A stretch of 64,000 nt of DNA from a virus. The notes below the pieces were generated by a model. That model was not told the origin of the DNA and searched no databases. It was given only the letters and a program-made list of their open reading frames with translations. The stretch lies in IMG/VR virus record IMGVR_UViG_3300016445_000001, one strand, 5' to 3'. Made by a program: the position numbers and the translations under genes. Below, piece by piece: positions 24,601 to 33,400 of the stretch; the stretch's first letter is position 1, and every line of letters starts with the position of its first letter.

Positions 24601-27341
24601 GGCGACCTAAACCAGTAGGACATCGGCACGGCGACCTGCGCCGCGGTGTCCTGGGTGTAGACGTTGCCCTTGCTGTCGGTCAGCGCCGAGATCGTGCAGG
24701 AGGTGTTCTGCGTGGTGATCAGCACCAGCAGCGTGTCCCCGGCACCGGTGGGCGTGCTGACCGCGGCGGTGCGGCTGGAGCCCGCGCCGGTGGTGAGCCC
24801 GGTGGCCGCCTGGTAAGGCGCGATGCTGACCGAGAGCGCCTCGGCCGCGGCGGCCTGGTCGGCCTGGGCGACCGGCTGCGCGCCGCTGACCGCCTCCGCG
24901 TCGGCGGCTGCCGCCTGCTCGGCGAGTGCCAGCGTGACCGCCTGCGTGGCCGCCTCCACCGCGGCGGCGCGCTCGGCGACCGGGACGGCAGCGGAGATCC
25001 CCTCCTGTTCCGCAGCTCCTGCCTGGTCGGCGAGCGCCACGGTCTGGCCGACCACAACAGACAGCGCCTCCACCGCGGCAGCCCGGTCCGGCACGGGGAC
25101 GGCAGCGGATGCCGCGAGCTGCTCAGCAGCTCCTGCCTGCTCGGGCAGCGGAACAGCAGCAGCGACCCCCTGCTGATCCGCTGCGGCGGCGGCGTCGGCC
25201 TGGGCCACGACGGTCGGCGGCACGCCGGTGGTGAAGGTGATCACGCCGCCGTCGTTGGCCGCGGCGGCGGACACGCTGCCCGAGAACGTCTGCGAGGCGG
25301 TGCTGGCCCCCGGCAGGATGTACGCCGTGGTCAGGACCGGGGCTGTGCTCTCGTTCTGGATCAGGGTCCAAGACAGCCCGGTGGGCAGGTTGGAGCCCGC
25401 GAAGTTGACCGCGCCGACGCAGATTTCACCCGGCGCAGACAGCGCGCCGGTCGCCAGCGAGAACGTGGAGCTGCTGGAGCTGCCCGCCCCGGCCGGGTGC
25501 TGGTCCACCGCGGCCATCTTGGGGATACCGAGGACCGTCACCCGGATGGTCTGCGTGACCGCTGGCGTGACCGTGATGCTGTCGGAGGTGGTGAGCGGCG
25601 TCGGGCTGGCCCCGGTGTAGGCGAAGCACGCCGGCCGGATGACGTGCGAGGCGACGTCCACCGTGTAGGCGTTGAGCTTGGTGTCGGTCACCGTGCTGAC
25701 CACCGCGGTGGCCGAGCCGCTGCCGACGCAGACCAGCACCCCATCGCCGGGGGTCAGGGCGGCGGTGATCGGGACGGCCAGCGATGCGACGTTGCCCGAG
25801 CTGGCAGCCTGGCCGAGGATGTAGGGCGCACCCGCCACGGCGAGCTGCTCGGCCGCGGCTGCGGCGTCGGCCTGGGCCACCGGCACCTGCGGGGTGGGCG
25901 AGAAGAACCACGCGCCGAGCCGGTAGGCCCCGGTGTTCTGGTTGGAGGTGGCCTGCTGGTTGACGCCCGCCGTGCCGGGGCCGAGCGCCTGCGCGCTCAC
26001 CAGCAGGTAGGGGCTGTTGGTGCCGGGCTGCTCGGTGAGCACCATCAGCGGCTGCATCGGCGCGTTGATCTCGCAGAATCCGGTGGCGCTGGAGGAGAAT
26101 CCCGCCACCGCCACCATCAGCTCACCGTCGGCGGTGGGCGCAGTGGCGGTGGAGGCACCGGTGGGGCCGGTCGCGCCGACCACGGCGACCGACTTGTCCA
26201 GCGGCCCGTACCAGGACGGCACGTCGAACAGCGAGGCGTAGACGATCGTGTTGCCGCCGCCGACCACCACGGTGAGGGTGATCACGTCGGAGATGCCCAG
26301 CGCCGCGGACGGGCCGCCGCCTGGGCCACCGGTCGCGCCGTCACAGCGCCAGCCGTAGATGATCGGCGTGTTGGTGCTGTTCCAGTAGAAGTCCTGCACC
26401 CAGGTGTTGCCCTGTGTGTCAGTGATCGAGCTGATCGTCAGGGGGCTGGCGTTCGCCTCCGCGGCGATCAGCAGCGTGTCCCCCGCATTGGTGGCCTGGG
26501 ACGGGCTGAACGTCCGGGCGGTGGTGGTGTCGGCCGGGCCAAGCCGGGTGCCGCACAGGACGGGCAGGGCGTAGTCGGCCATGTCCACCGCGGCGGCGCG
26601 GTCGGCCAGCGGGAGCGTCTTGGCCGTGATCGCCAGCGCGTCGGCAGCACCGGCCCGGTCCGCCTCAGCGACCGCGGAGGTGGGGGACTGGAACAGCCAC
26701 ACGCCCAGCGACTGGGTGGCCGCGGTGCCGACGGTGACGGTGAAGGTCTGCGCCACGCCGCCCGTGCCGGTGCCGAGCTGCACCCAGCCCAGCGACGTCT
26801 CGTTGCCGGTGCCCGCGTAGGCGTCGGCCGCTGCTGCCCCGGTGGGCGCGGTGAAGGTGGGGGCACCGCCTGCTGACTGGCCGGTGTAGGCGATGATCGC
26901 CAGCTCGTTGTCCGCCGCGGGCGTGCCGCTCACTGAGTTAGTCAGCGCCGCGGTGCCCAGGTGGACCGGCGTTACCGCCTTGTCGAACGCGCCCGCGCCG
27001 GTGAGCTTGGCCCCCTGGAGCACGTAGACGGCGCTGGTCGAGCTGGTGGTGACCGTGATCGTGTCGGTGGTGGTGAGCGCGGCGGTTGCGCCGCCGCCCG
27101 ATCCCCCGGTGGCTCCCGGGGAGCGGAACATGTACGTCTGCGGGCTGGTCCCCTGGCTGGCGTCCAGCGTGTAGACGTTGCCCTTGGAGTCAGTGCAGGC
27201 GGTGGCTGAGCCGCTGTTGCTGTTGTTGGTGACCAGCACCAACAGCGTGTCGCCCGCGGCCGACGCCGTGGCAACCGTCATCGCCCGGGACGTGACGGTG
27301 CCAGTGACGGTCGCGCTGGCAATCAGTACCGGCGCGGGCAC
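21684..27341 (-). CDS. giant (1885 aa) Ala-rich modular tail-associated protein
   Basis: Four paralogous modules of about 200 aa (GDTLLVLVTNN..., GDTLLIAAEAN..., GDGVLVCVGSG..., GDTLLVLITTQ...). Separated by degenerate Ala/Asp/Glu repeat tracts, then Trp-periodic repeats and a C-terminal globular part. Confidence 0.75.
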   Translation of the reverse strand: MPAPVLIASATVTGTVTSRAMTVATASAAGDTLLVLVTNNSNSGSATACTDSKGNVYTLDASQGTSPQTYMFRSPGATGGSGGGATAALTTTDTITVTTSSTSAVYVLQGAKLTGAGAFDKAVTPVHLGTAALTNSVSGTPAADNELAIIAYTGQSAGGAPTFTAPTGAAAADAYAGTGNETSLGWVQLGTGTGGVAQTFTVTVGTAATQSLGVWLFQSPTSAVAEADRAGAADALAITAKTLPLADRAAAVDMADYALPVLCGTRLGPADTTTARTFSPSQATNAGDTLLIAAEANASPLTISSITDTQGNTWVQDFYWNSTNTPIIYGWRCDGATGGPGGGPSAALGISDVITLTVVVGGGNTIVYASLFDVPSWYGPLDKSVAVVGATGPTGASTATAPTADGELMVAVAGFSSSATGFCEINAPMQPLMVLTEQPGTNSPYLLVSAQALGPGTAGVNQQATSNQNTGAYRLGAWFFSPTPQVPVAQADAAAAAEQLAVAGAPYILGQAASSGNVASLAVPITAALTPGDGVLVCVGSGSATAVVSTVTDTKLNAYTVDVASHVIRPACFAYTGASPTPLTTSDSITVTPAVTQTIRVTVLGIPKMAAVDQHPAGAGSSSSSTFSLATGALSAPGEICVGAVNFAGSNLPTGLSWTLIQNESTAPVLTTAYILPGASTASQTFSGSVSAAAANDGGVITFTTGVPPTVVAQADAAAAADQQGVAAAVPLPEQAGAAEQLAASAAVPVPDRAAAVEALSVVVGQTVALADQAGAAEQEGISAAVPVAERAAAVEAATQAVTLALAEQAAAADAEAVSGAQPVAQADQAAAAEALSVSIAPYQAATGLTTGAGSSRTAAVSTPTGAGDTLLVLITTQNTSCTISALTDSKGNVYTQDTAAQVAVPMSYWFRSPGATGGPGGGPTAALGTSDTLTATSAASTGNVEILLIDVPGVGAVDIISSIGNGSSTAPARGFTPRADSEMCVALLANANAGGAPAITAPFSLVTTYHSGVNPYNSAAFDQLGTGTNGVAQNFAATITSAQWYVVVYTFPLAAPLTVITPADAGGATDVLAVPAQTLVPADAAAGADALAVPAQAMPVPDQAAGADQVAVTAAVTLADAAAAAEATVVAANLAVTDAAAAADSRSANATAQLAEAGASAEASVASASVPLPEQAAGADALPLPAEVLGLPETAGGADTLAVAQGSNTLLGDQAGAAEQLAVTVAAALPDTAAGADQQGVSAAVPVGERAAAADGISAQLTAVAAPLPELAAAAEQLAVTVTVALVDSAAAADTPAVSAATPLAEAGTALDALNTPARTLPLPDAGAAADGLALGAPVGLGDSAAATDASTVTVAAPAGDAGAAADLLAPTATVSLTDQGSAADAISPVVGEAVAFAEQAGAGEQLAAGVSSPAGDQAAAADALTAVVASGATDQAGAADTLSVVVGAAVTLADQPGATDLLAVAATVPAAEQAGATDAATAAVTAPAGDQAGAADSLTVVVGAQVAYPDAGSGVANLGVGVASQAADMGAVAETLVPAASTGVPDLAGAADGIAVAVGEAVALADSAAAADAEGVSAQLGLADAGTAAEALTEAISAQPHLPDTGAVTEALSASAVTGSQDRAAASDSLVVQAALDTFSGDQAAAVDDFAAVPAALVPSPTWTAGPGVLAWRATPGPARWSATAAGARWHAEPAEPAAEPGAGEPAWHPNGDSPAWRAGSGGTALLARPALRTWTVAPAASRWQAVSSPPRWAAVLAQAQWRVIMAAFKPIAAVSQQMINVKWDSDLGGEVDDPTVAPYPVRFAVPLSSMNEQAPAEPVTWFDAVWLPPTGRYKGFIAQCSVGPASSGGLVPLQAGQTYDVWSEVDTATETVRAFVGQQPVY

Positions 27342-27354
27342 AGCTCACGCCGGG

Positions 27355-28050
27355 CTAGCTGACGGTGCCGGACCCCGAGGGGTAGCCGAAGCTGATCGTC
27401 TCGGTTGCCGTCCAGGTCTGGCCGCTGGCCTTGGTGCCCTGCGAGCTGACACCGCGGTTGAAGAACGTGCCGCCCGTGGTGGCGTTGGACACGCTGTCTG
27501 CGGTGCCTGCGTCAGTGCCGAACTCCTGCCAGGCGAAGTTGGCGACCGCCGTGCCGAACACCGAGCTGAACACCAGCGTCGGTGGCGTGGCCGCGGTGCT
27601 GATCGTCGGGGCTCCGCTGACCAGCTTGAAGTAGCTGGTCGTGCTCGCCGCGCCGGTGTCGCCGACCAGGGTGGTCTGGCTGAACGCCGCCGCGGTGGTG
27701 GAGGTGCCGACGCCGATCCGGCCGTTGGTCGCGCTGAACTTGGGCGACATGGTGGTGCCCGCCACGCCGCCGAGCAGGGCTATCCACCCGTTCTGCACGA
27801 TCATGTTGCAGTCGTAGTCGGTGGTGTCACCCCAGCCCGGGGTGGGCGTCACGCCGACGGCGGCGAACCGCCTGGGCGTGAGCAGGGTGCCCGGCGCGTA
27901 GCGCGCCGCCGCGTAGCGGGTCTGGTCCTCATCGAACCGCTGCACCCGGAAATCGGTGTGGACGCCAGCGGCGTCTGCGTGCGGGGCTCCGACCCCGACC
28001 AGCAGATGCTCGCTCGCGCTCGCGGAGTCTGGCCCTCTCGACATGATCAT
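27355..28050 (-). CDS. minor tail protein (function unknown)
   Basis: ATG 28050/28044 at GAAAGGAAATGATCATG. 231 aa, Thr/Ser/Gly-rich. Confidence 0.6.
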   Translation of the reverse strand: MIMSRGPDSASASEHLLVGVGAPHADAAGVHTDFRVQRFDEDQTRYAAARYAPGTLLTPRRFAAVGVTPTPGWGDTTDYDCNMIVQNGWIALLGGVAGTTMSPKFSATNGRIGVGTSTTAAAFSQTTLVGDTGAASTTSYFKLVSGAPTISTAATPPTLVFSSVFGTAVANFAWQEFGTDAGTADSVSNATTGGTFFNRGVSSQGTKASGQTWTATETISFGYPSGSGTVS

Positions 28051-28060
28051 TTCCTTTCGG

Positions 28061-29026
28061 TTATGCGACCGCTGCCTGCTGCTGGAAGGTGGCGACAACG
28101 CTGGTCACGGTCCCCTCGTCGGCGCTCATGACGCCCGTCTGAGTGGCCCGCGTCTGTGCGAACTGGAAGGTCTGTGTCGTGCCGCGGATCGAGGCGGGGA
28201 TGGCGACCGACCCGCCGCCGCCCGTGGTGTGCCGCCAGGGGCCTTGCGCGGACTGGATCGAGATCAGCGTCTGCGGGAAGCTCACCGTCGGCGCGGTCAC
28301 CGAGCTGCCGATCACCGGCCAGATGTTGGACCGCGCCCAGCCGGACACCCACAGGATCTCGTTGACCAGCCAGAGGATGATCATCCTGGTGGCCCAGCTC
28401 GGGATCGGCACCGCCCAGGTGGCACCGGGCGGCCACTGGATGGTTGAGCCCGAGGTGTTCCAGTTGGTGGCGCTGGCCGGGCCGGCGGCTGCCATCTGCA
28501 CGGTCTGCGTCTGCGGGATGGACACCTGGCGGACGTCGTTGATCATCGCCTGGGTGATCGCCGAGGTGGACGCAGGGACGTCGATCCGGGCCAGGGGGAT
28601 GCAGCTCTGCCCGGCCGGCGGAACGGTCGAGCCCGCGGCCACGCCGCTGATCACCCGGGGGAACAGGATCTGCCCGCTGGCCGGGTTGCCCCACGGGGAG
28701 CCGCTCCAGGTCGGGTCCTCCGCGCGGACCACCACCATGTCCGAGCGCGGGCTGCCCGCCGTGGCGGCGATCGTCAGCGTGGTGTCGTTGCCGACGTTCC
28801 ACCCGTGGTAGCTGCCCTGGTAGGGGGCCTCCGCTCCTGATACCACCACCTGGCCGGGGGTGATGACGATCCCGGCCGTCGGCGTCGGCGTGGTGGCCTG
28901 CACCTGGCAGTCCAGGTGGCCGACCACGCCCTGCGCGCCCATCGTCGCGGCGCTCAGCATCATCCGGGCGTAGGCGGCATCGACCATGTTGCCGTCCACG
29001 GCCCAAACAGCAGTTTGAAAAGTCAT
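28061..29026 (-). CDS. minor tail protein
   Basis: 321 aa. First tail gene after the Dit gene and the HNH insertion. Confidence 0.65.
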   Translation of the reverse strand: MTFQTAVWAVDGNMVDAAYARMMLSAATMGAQGVVGHLDCQVQATTPTPTAGIVITPGQVVVSGAEAPYQGSYHGWNVGNDTTLTIAATAGSPRSDMVVVRAEDPTWSGSPWGNPASGQILFPRVISGVAAGSTVPPAGQSCIPLARIDVPASTSAITQAMINDVRQVSIPQTQTVQMAAAGPASATNWNTSGSTIQWPPGATWAVPIPSWATRMIILWLVNEILWVSGWARSNIWPVIGSSVTAPTVSFPQTLISIQSAQGPWRHTTGGGGSVAIPASIRGTTQTFQFAQTRATQTGVMSADEGTVTSVVATFQQQAAVA

Positions 29027-29058
29027 AGTTCACCTGCATAAATGTGACGTGAACGTGC

Positions 29059-29556
29059 ATGTACTATACTGCCCACGTGAGGGAAAGATGGAAGCCGGTC
29101 AACGGTCACAACAGGCGCTATGAGATCAGCAACTTCGGGCGCGTGCGCTCCTGGGTTGCTAAGGGGGTTGACCTGCCGCTCATCATGACCACCCAGCACG
29201 ACCAGCGAGGCAGGCCCCAGGTCAACCTGAGCATCGCCGGGCGGCCCAAGACCATCCGGGTCGCGCTGCTGGTCGCCCGGCACTTCCTGCCACCCCCCGG
29301 CCCTGGCCTGGAGGTCTGCCACAACGACGGCGACCAGTGGAACTGCCGGGCCGACAACCTCCGGTACGACACACACAGCGCCAACATCCTCGATGCAGTG
29401 CGGCACGGAACGCACCGGAGCGTTAGCAGGGACACCTGCCTCAAGAAGAACCACCCGCTGGACGGGCGGAAGACTGATTGGAAGACCGGCCGGATCGTCC
29501 GGTACTGCAAGACGTGCAACCGGAAGCGGGAAGCAGCGCGGCGCGCAACTAGCTGA
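29059..29556 (+). CDS. free-standing HNH homing endonuclease (NUMOD4-like N-terminus plus HNH_3-type core)
   Basis: ERWKPVNGHNRRYEISNFGRVRS (NUMOD4 pattern) and VCHNDGDQWNCRADNLRYDTHSAN (HNH). Opposite strand to the tail operon. Visibly AT-richer 5' flank. Confidence 0.85.
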   Translation: MYYTAHVRERWKPVNGHNRRYEISNFGRVRSWVAKGVDLPLIMTTQHDQRGRPQVNLSIAGRPKTIRVALLVARHFLPPPGPGLEVCHNDGDQWNCRADNLRYDTHSANILDAVRHGTHRSVSRDTCLKKNHPLDGRKTDWKTGRIVRYCKTCNRKREAARRATS

Positions 29557-29557
29557 C

Positions 29558-30490
29558 CTAGGCATAACTTCCCCCGATCGCTGGCCAGGCGTTGCGCCAC
29601 TTGATCTGGCAGGTGGCCGTGCCGGTGTAGTCGGTGCCGGTGAGGCGGACCACGGTCGCGCCCTGCGGCAGTCCGAGGGAGATCATCGGGCTGCCGTTCA
29701 GCAGCCCGGCCACGCTGGCGGTGCCGATCAGCGCGGTGCGCGCCCACGGCCGGGTGTCGAGCACCAGGGACTGGCCAGCAGGGAGCACCCCCTGGTAGCT
29801 GATGGCGATGGCGGTGTTGACGTAGGCGATGCCGGGGAAGCTGATCGGCCCGTTGAAGGTGATCACCGGCCAGGTGGCGATCGGCCCGCTGTTGACCAGC
29901 GCGTTCTGCTGGTAGTTCAGGTAGGCGGACGCCCACTGGAACGGCGGGGTGACCGGGAACGTGAAGGTGCCCAGGTAGGACGGCACACTGGTGAGGGTGA
30001 GGATGCTCTCGGTGTCGGCGTACCAGTTGCAGTCGGCGGCCTGGAACTGGGCGCTGAACGGGACCGCGCCCTGGTTGGCGGTGCCGTAGGTGGGCTGGAT
30101 CTTGCGCCCGCGCCCGTAAGCCACCCGGACCACGTTGGACACCGGGTAGTAGGCGCGGAGCTTCTGCATCTGCCCGTTGACCATCCGGGCGGCCGGGTCG
30201 AGCCACTTGCCGGCTAGCTGGCTGAACGCATCGAGCGCGGCCTTGCCGTTGGCGTTGGCGTAGGCGACCCCGGTCTGCGTGACCACCATCCCGGGCAGGG
30301 TGTCCACACCGAACAGCACGCCGTCATGCCCGACTACCGGGGTGTCCTGGGTGGTCATCGAGCCGGTGTCGGCGAGGGTGTTCTGCACCAGGCAGGTGGT
30401 GCCGTAGCCGTAGACCACGGTGTTCGGGTCACCGCCTGGCATGTCGGTGCCGATGCTGTACTGGCCGAGGGCCAGCACCGGGTCAGCCAT
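29558..30490 (-). CDS. distal tail protein (Dit) candidate
   Basis: 310 aa, immediately downstream of the tape measure gene with overlapping start and stop. Confidence 0.6.
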   Translation of the reverse strand: MADPVLALGQYSIGTDMPGGDPNTVVYGYGTTCLVQNTLADTGSMTTQDTPVVGHDGVLFGVDTLPGMVVTQTGVAYANANGKAALDAFSQLAGKWLDPAARMVNGQMQKLRAYYPVSNVVRVAYGRGRKIQPTYGTANQGAVPFSAQFQAADCNWYADTESILTLTSVPSYLGTFTFPVTPPFQWASAYLNYQQNALVNSGPIATWPVITFNGPISFPGIAYVNTAIAISYQGVLPAGQSLVLDTRPWARTALIGTASVAGLLNGSPMISLGLPQGATVVRLTGTDYTGTATCQIKWRNAWPAIGGSYA

Positions 30491-33400
30491 CAGCTCACCC
30501 CCGTGTATGCCTGCTGCCGGCTCACCCGCAGCATCCAGCTCAGCTCTTGCAGCGCCTGGGTGACGGTGGTGCCCTCGGGCAGCGTCAGGTGGACGTCACG
30601 CAGCAGCGAGTGCCCGCCACCGCCCTGCTTGGAGAGCTGGTGGGCGGCCTCGGCCATCGCCACGAACGCGGAGGACTGCACCGGGTTGAGCACGGCCTCG
30701 GGCCGGCCGGTGGCGTTGGCGTTGACGTTGAGCCCCGGCAGCAGCCACCCGCCGCTGTCCATGAACCGCTGGTAGGCCCCGGAGGTGTAGGTGGTCCAGG
30801 GGGAGAACCCGCCGGCCGCGCGCCACTTGGCCACCGCGGCGCGGGCGTTGTTGAGCGGGTTGAGCAGCGCCTGGTTGATGCCGAACTGCGGCTCGCTGTT
30901 GCCCGGGGTGATCTGCCACAGCCCCCAGCCGGTGGTGGCGTAGGGCTGCCCCTGCTGGATCGCGCCGGGCCGGAACCCGGCCTCGGCACCGGTGATCGCC
31001 GCGGCGATGTGGGCGACCATCCCGCCAGGCCCGCCGGCCTGCATCCAGTAGCCCTCGATCTGCCGCAGGTTCTGCGGGCCGAGCCCAACACCGCCGAGCC
31101 CGCCTGGCGGGATGCCAGTGCCCATCAGCGGCATGCCGTGCAGCGGCATCAGCGTCGGCCCCTTGACGCCCTCGGGGCCGCCCTGGCTGATCACCTGGGT
31201 GGGGGTGCGGATGATCGCCACGTGGCCAGGCGGCGGGCCGCCGCCCGCGGAGACGTAGAACGCCAGGCCGCCCGGCACCGGGCCGGACCGCTTGGCCCAG
31301 GCGTATTGCGCCTCGGACGTCCGCGGCGGGTGGATGCCGAAGTGGTTGTAGACGTCCTCCACGAACCCCGAGCAGTCATCGCCGCTCAGTGAGGTGCCGC
31401 CCCACGTGTAGGGGATCTTGCCGAGGTAGCTCATGGCGAACTTGACGATCGCGTTGCCGTCGGCACCCATCCCGCCGTGCCCGATCAGCCACTTGACCGC
31501 ATCGGCGACCGCGGTCTTGCCCATCCCCATCAGCATTTGGGCCATCTCGGCGGTGGCCCCGCCGACCAGGTTGGTGCCGAGCATGTTCATGATCGCGTTG
31601 GTCAGCGCGGCGGTGTTGCCGGTGGCGACCGCGGCGGTGATCTTGCCGACGTCCTCGGCCTTGTGCCACAGCCCGGAGAAGAAATGCCCGATGCCGCCGA
31701 GCAGGCCCGGCCCGTGCTGGCCCACGTTGTGCGCCGGCCGCTGGGCGTACCGGGCGGACGGGTCGAGCGCGCCGAACCGGCCGCCGGCCTGGTAGCCCGG
31801 CACGCCGACCGCGCGGAACACGTCGGCGAGCATGCCGCTGTGCTCCTTGGACACCACCGTCTCGCCGGACTCCAGCAGCGCCGGGTGCCGGTCGCCGCCG
31901 CCGTAGCCGGGGAGCCGCCCGCCGCGGGCCAGGCCCATCGGGTGGACCGCGCCGATCGGCCTGCCGAGCCCGAGCTTGGAGGTGATCCAGTCGAATGCTG
32001 AGATCAGCCCGTCCAGCACGTGGTCAATCACGAACTTGACCGGGCTGGCTACCACGTTCTCGATGTCCTGCCAGTGCTGCCCGATCCAGCGGACCGCCGT
32101 GCCGAACGCATTGGGCAGATCCTGGGTGAACACCTGCTCCATCGGCTGCACGATGTTGTTGTCGATGAAGTTCCACGCCGCCTGAGCTGCGCCGGTGATG
32201 TCATCCCACGCCTGTTTCCAGTGGTCGCGCACGAACTCGACCGCCAGCCGGATCAGCGTCAGGCCGGGCACCAGCCACTGCCCCCACCCGTGGGTGAGGA
32301 AGTTCCAGGCGTCCATCGTCCAGCTCTTGATGTCGTTCCACACCTGGTGCCAGTGGGTGGACAGGAAGCCGATCACGGCGATCAGCCCGAGCACCGCGGT
32401 GCCTACCGGGTCGATGGCTGCCGCCACGGCGATCAGCACCGGGATCAGCAGGTGGAAGTGAGCCATCCAGGTGACGACAGCAGCGACTACCCCGACCACC
32501 CAGCCGATCAGCTTGGCGAGCAGGACCACCAGCGGGGCGAGGGCATCGAGGATCGCCACCAGGGCGGTGGCGAGCCCGGCCGCGAACATCTGCGCCAGCA
32601 CGTTGATCACGGGCACGAGCTGCTGGACGATCTTGAGGAGCGGAGGCAGCAGCGCCTCGGTGACCTTGACCAGCGGCGGGACCAGCGCCGACACCACCCG
32701 GACCAAGATCATCACAGCGCCGTCAGCGAGGGCACCGATCATCCGCATCAGCGGCGGGATGAACGGCGCGAGCTGGGTCACCAGGGCATTGATCAGGTTG
32801 GCCAGCGGCCGGGCCAGGGACTCCAGGGCATCCGCAAAGACGTTCCAGATGGTGCCGCTGTTCTCCAGCACGTTGAACACGCTGGCCAGCACCTTGGCCA
32901 GGGCACCAAAGGTGGGGGCAAGATCGGCGATCAGGTGGGCGACCGGGATCAGCATGGACATCAGATCCTGCAAGATCGCCCCGGCCAGCTCGGCGAGGAT
33001 CTTGCCCACCAGCAGCAGCGGCGGCTCAAGGATCTTGATGGTCTGCGCAAAGGCGACGATCACCGGGGCCAGCGCCCGCGCCATGATCGCGCCTACCCGG
33101 CCGAGGAGGACCAGGATGCCGCCGAGCGCCTGGAACAGCGCCTTGAGAACGGTCATCGAGGGACCGACGGCAGGGGCCATCACGGCGAAGAACCGCCCGA
33201 TGGACTGGCCGAGCCCGCCCAGGATTCCGGCGAACTCGTGCATAAAGGGCAGGCTGGCCTTGGTGATCGTGGTCAGCCCCGGCAGGATGTTCTTGACCAG
33301 CAGCAGCAGCCCGGTGGTGAGCTGAGCGAACCCCGGCCCGCTGATCCTGGCCAGGTTGCCCAGCAGCGGCAGGATGGCCCGGATGCCACCGGTCAGCGCC

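Noticed and set aside
24309-26876. Long plus-strand ORF (855 aa) and many other long ORFs antisense to the structural genes. Examples: 19978..21759(+), 32020..34500(+), 46502..47956(+), 53741..55432(+), 12977..14854(-), 3539..4513(-).
   Set aside because: Their translations are Arg/Gly/Pro/His-rich nonsense. They lie antisense to genes with clear motifs and gene order. Long stop-free antisense frames are expected in very GC-rich DNA.
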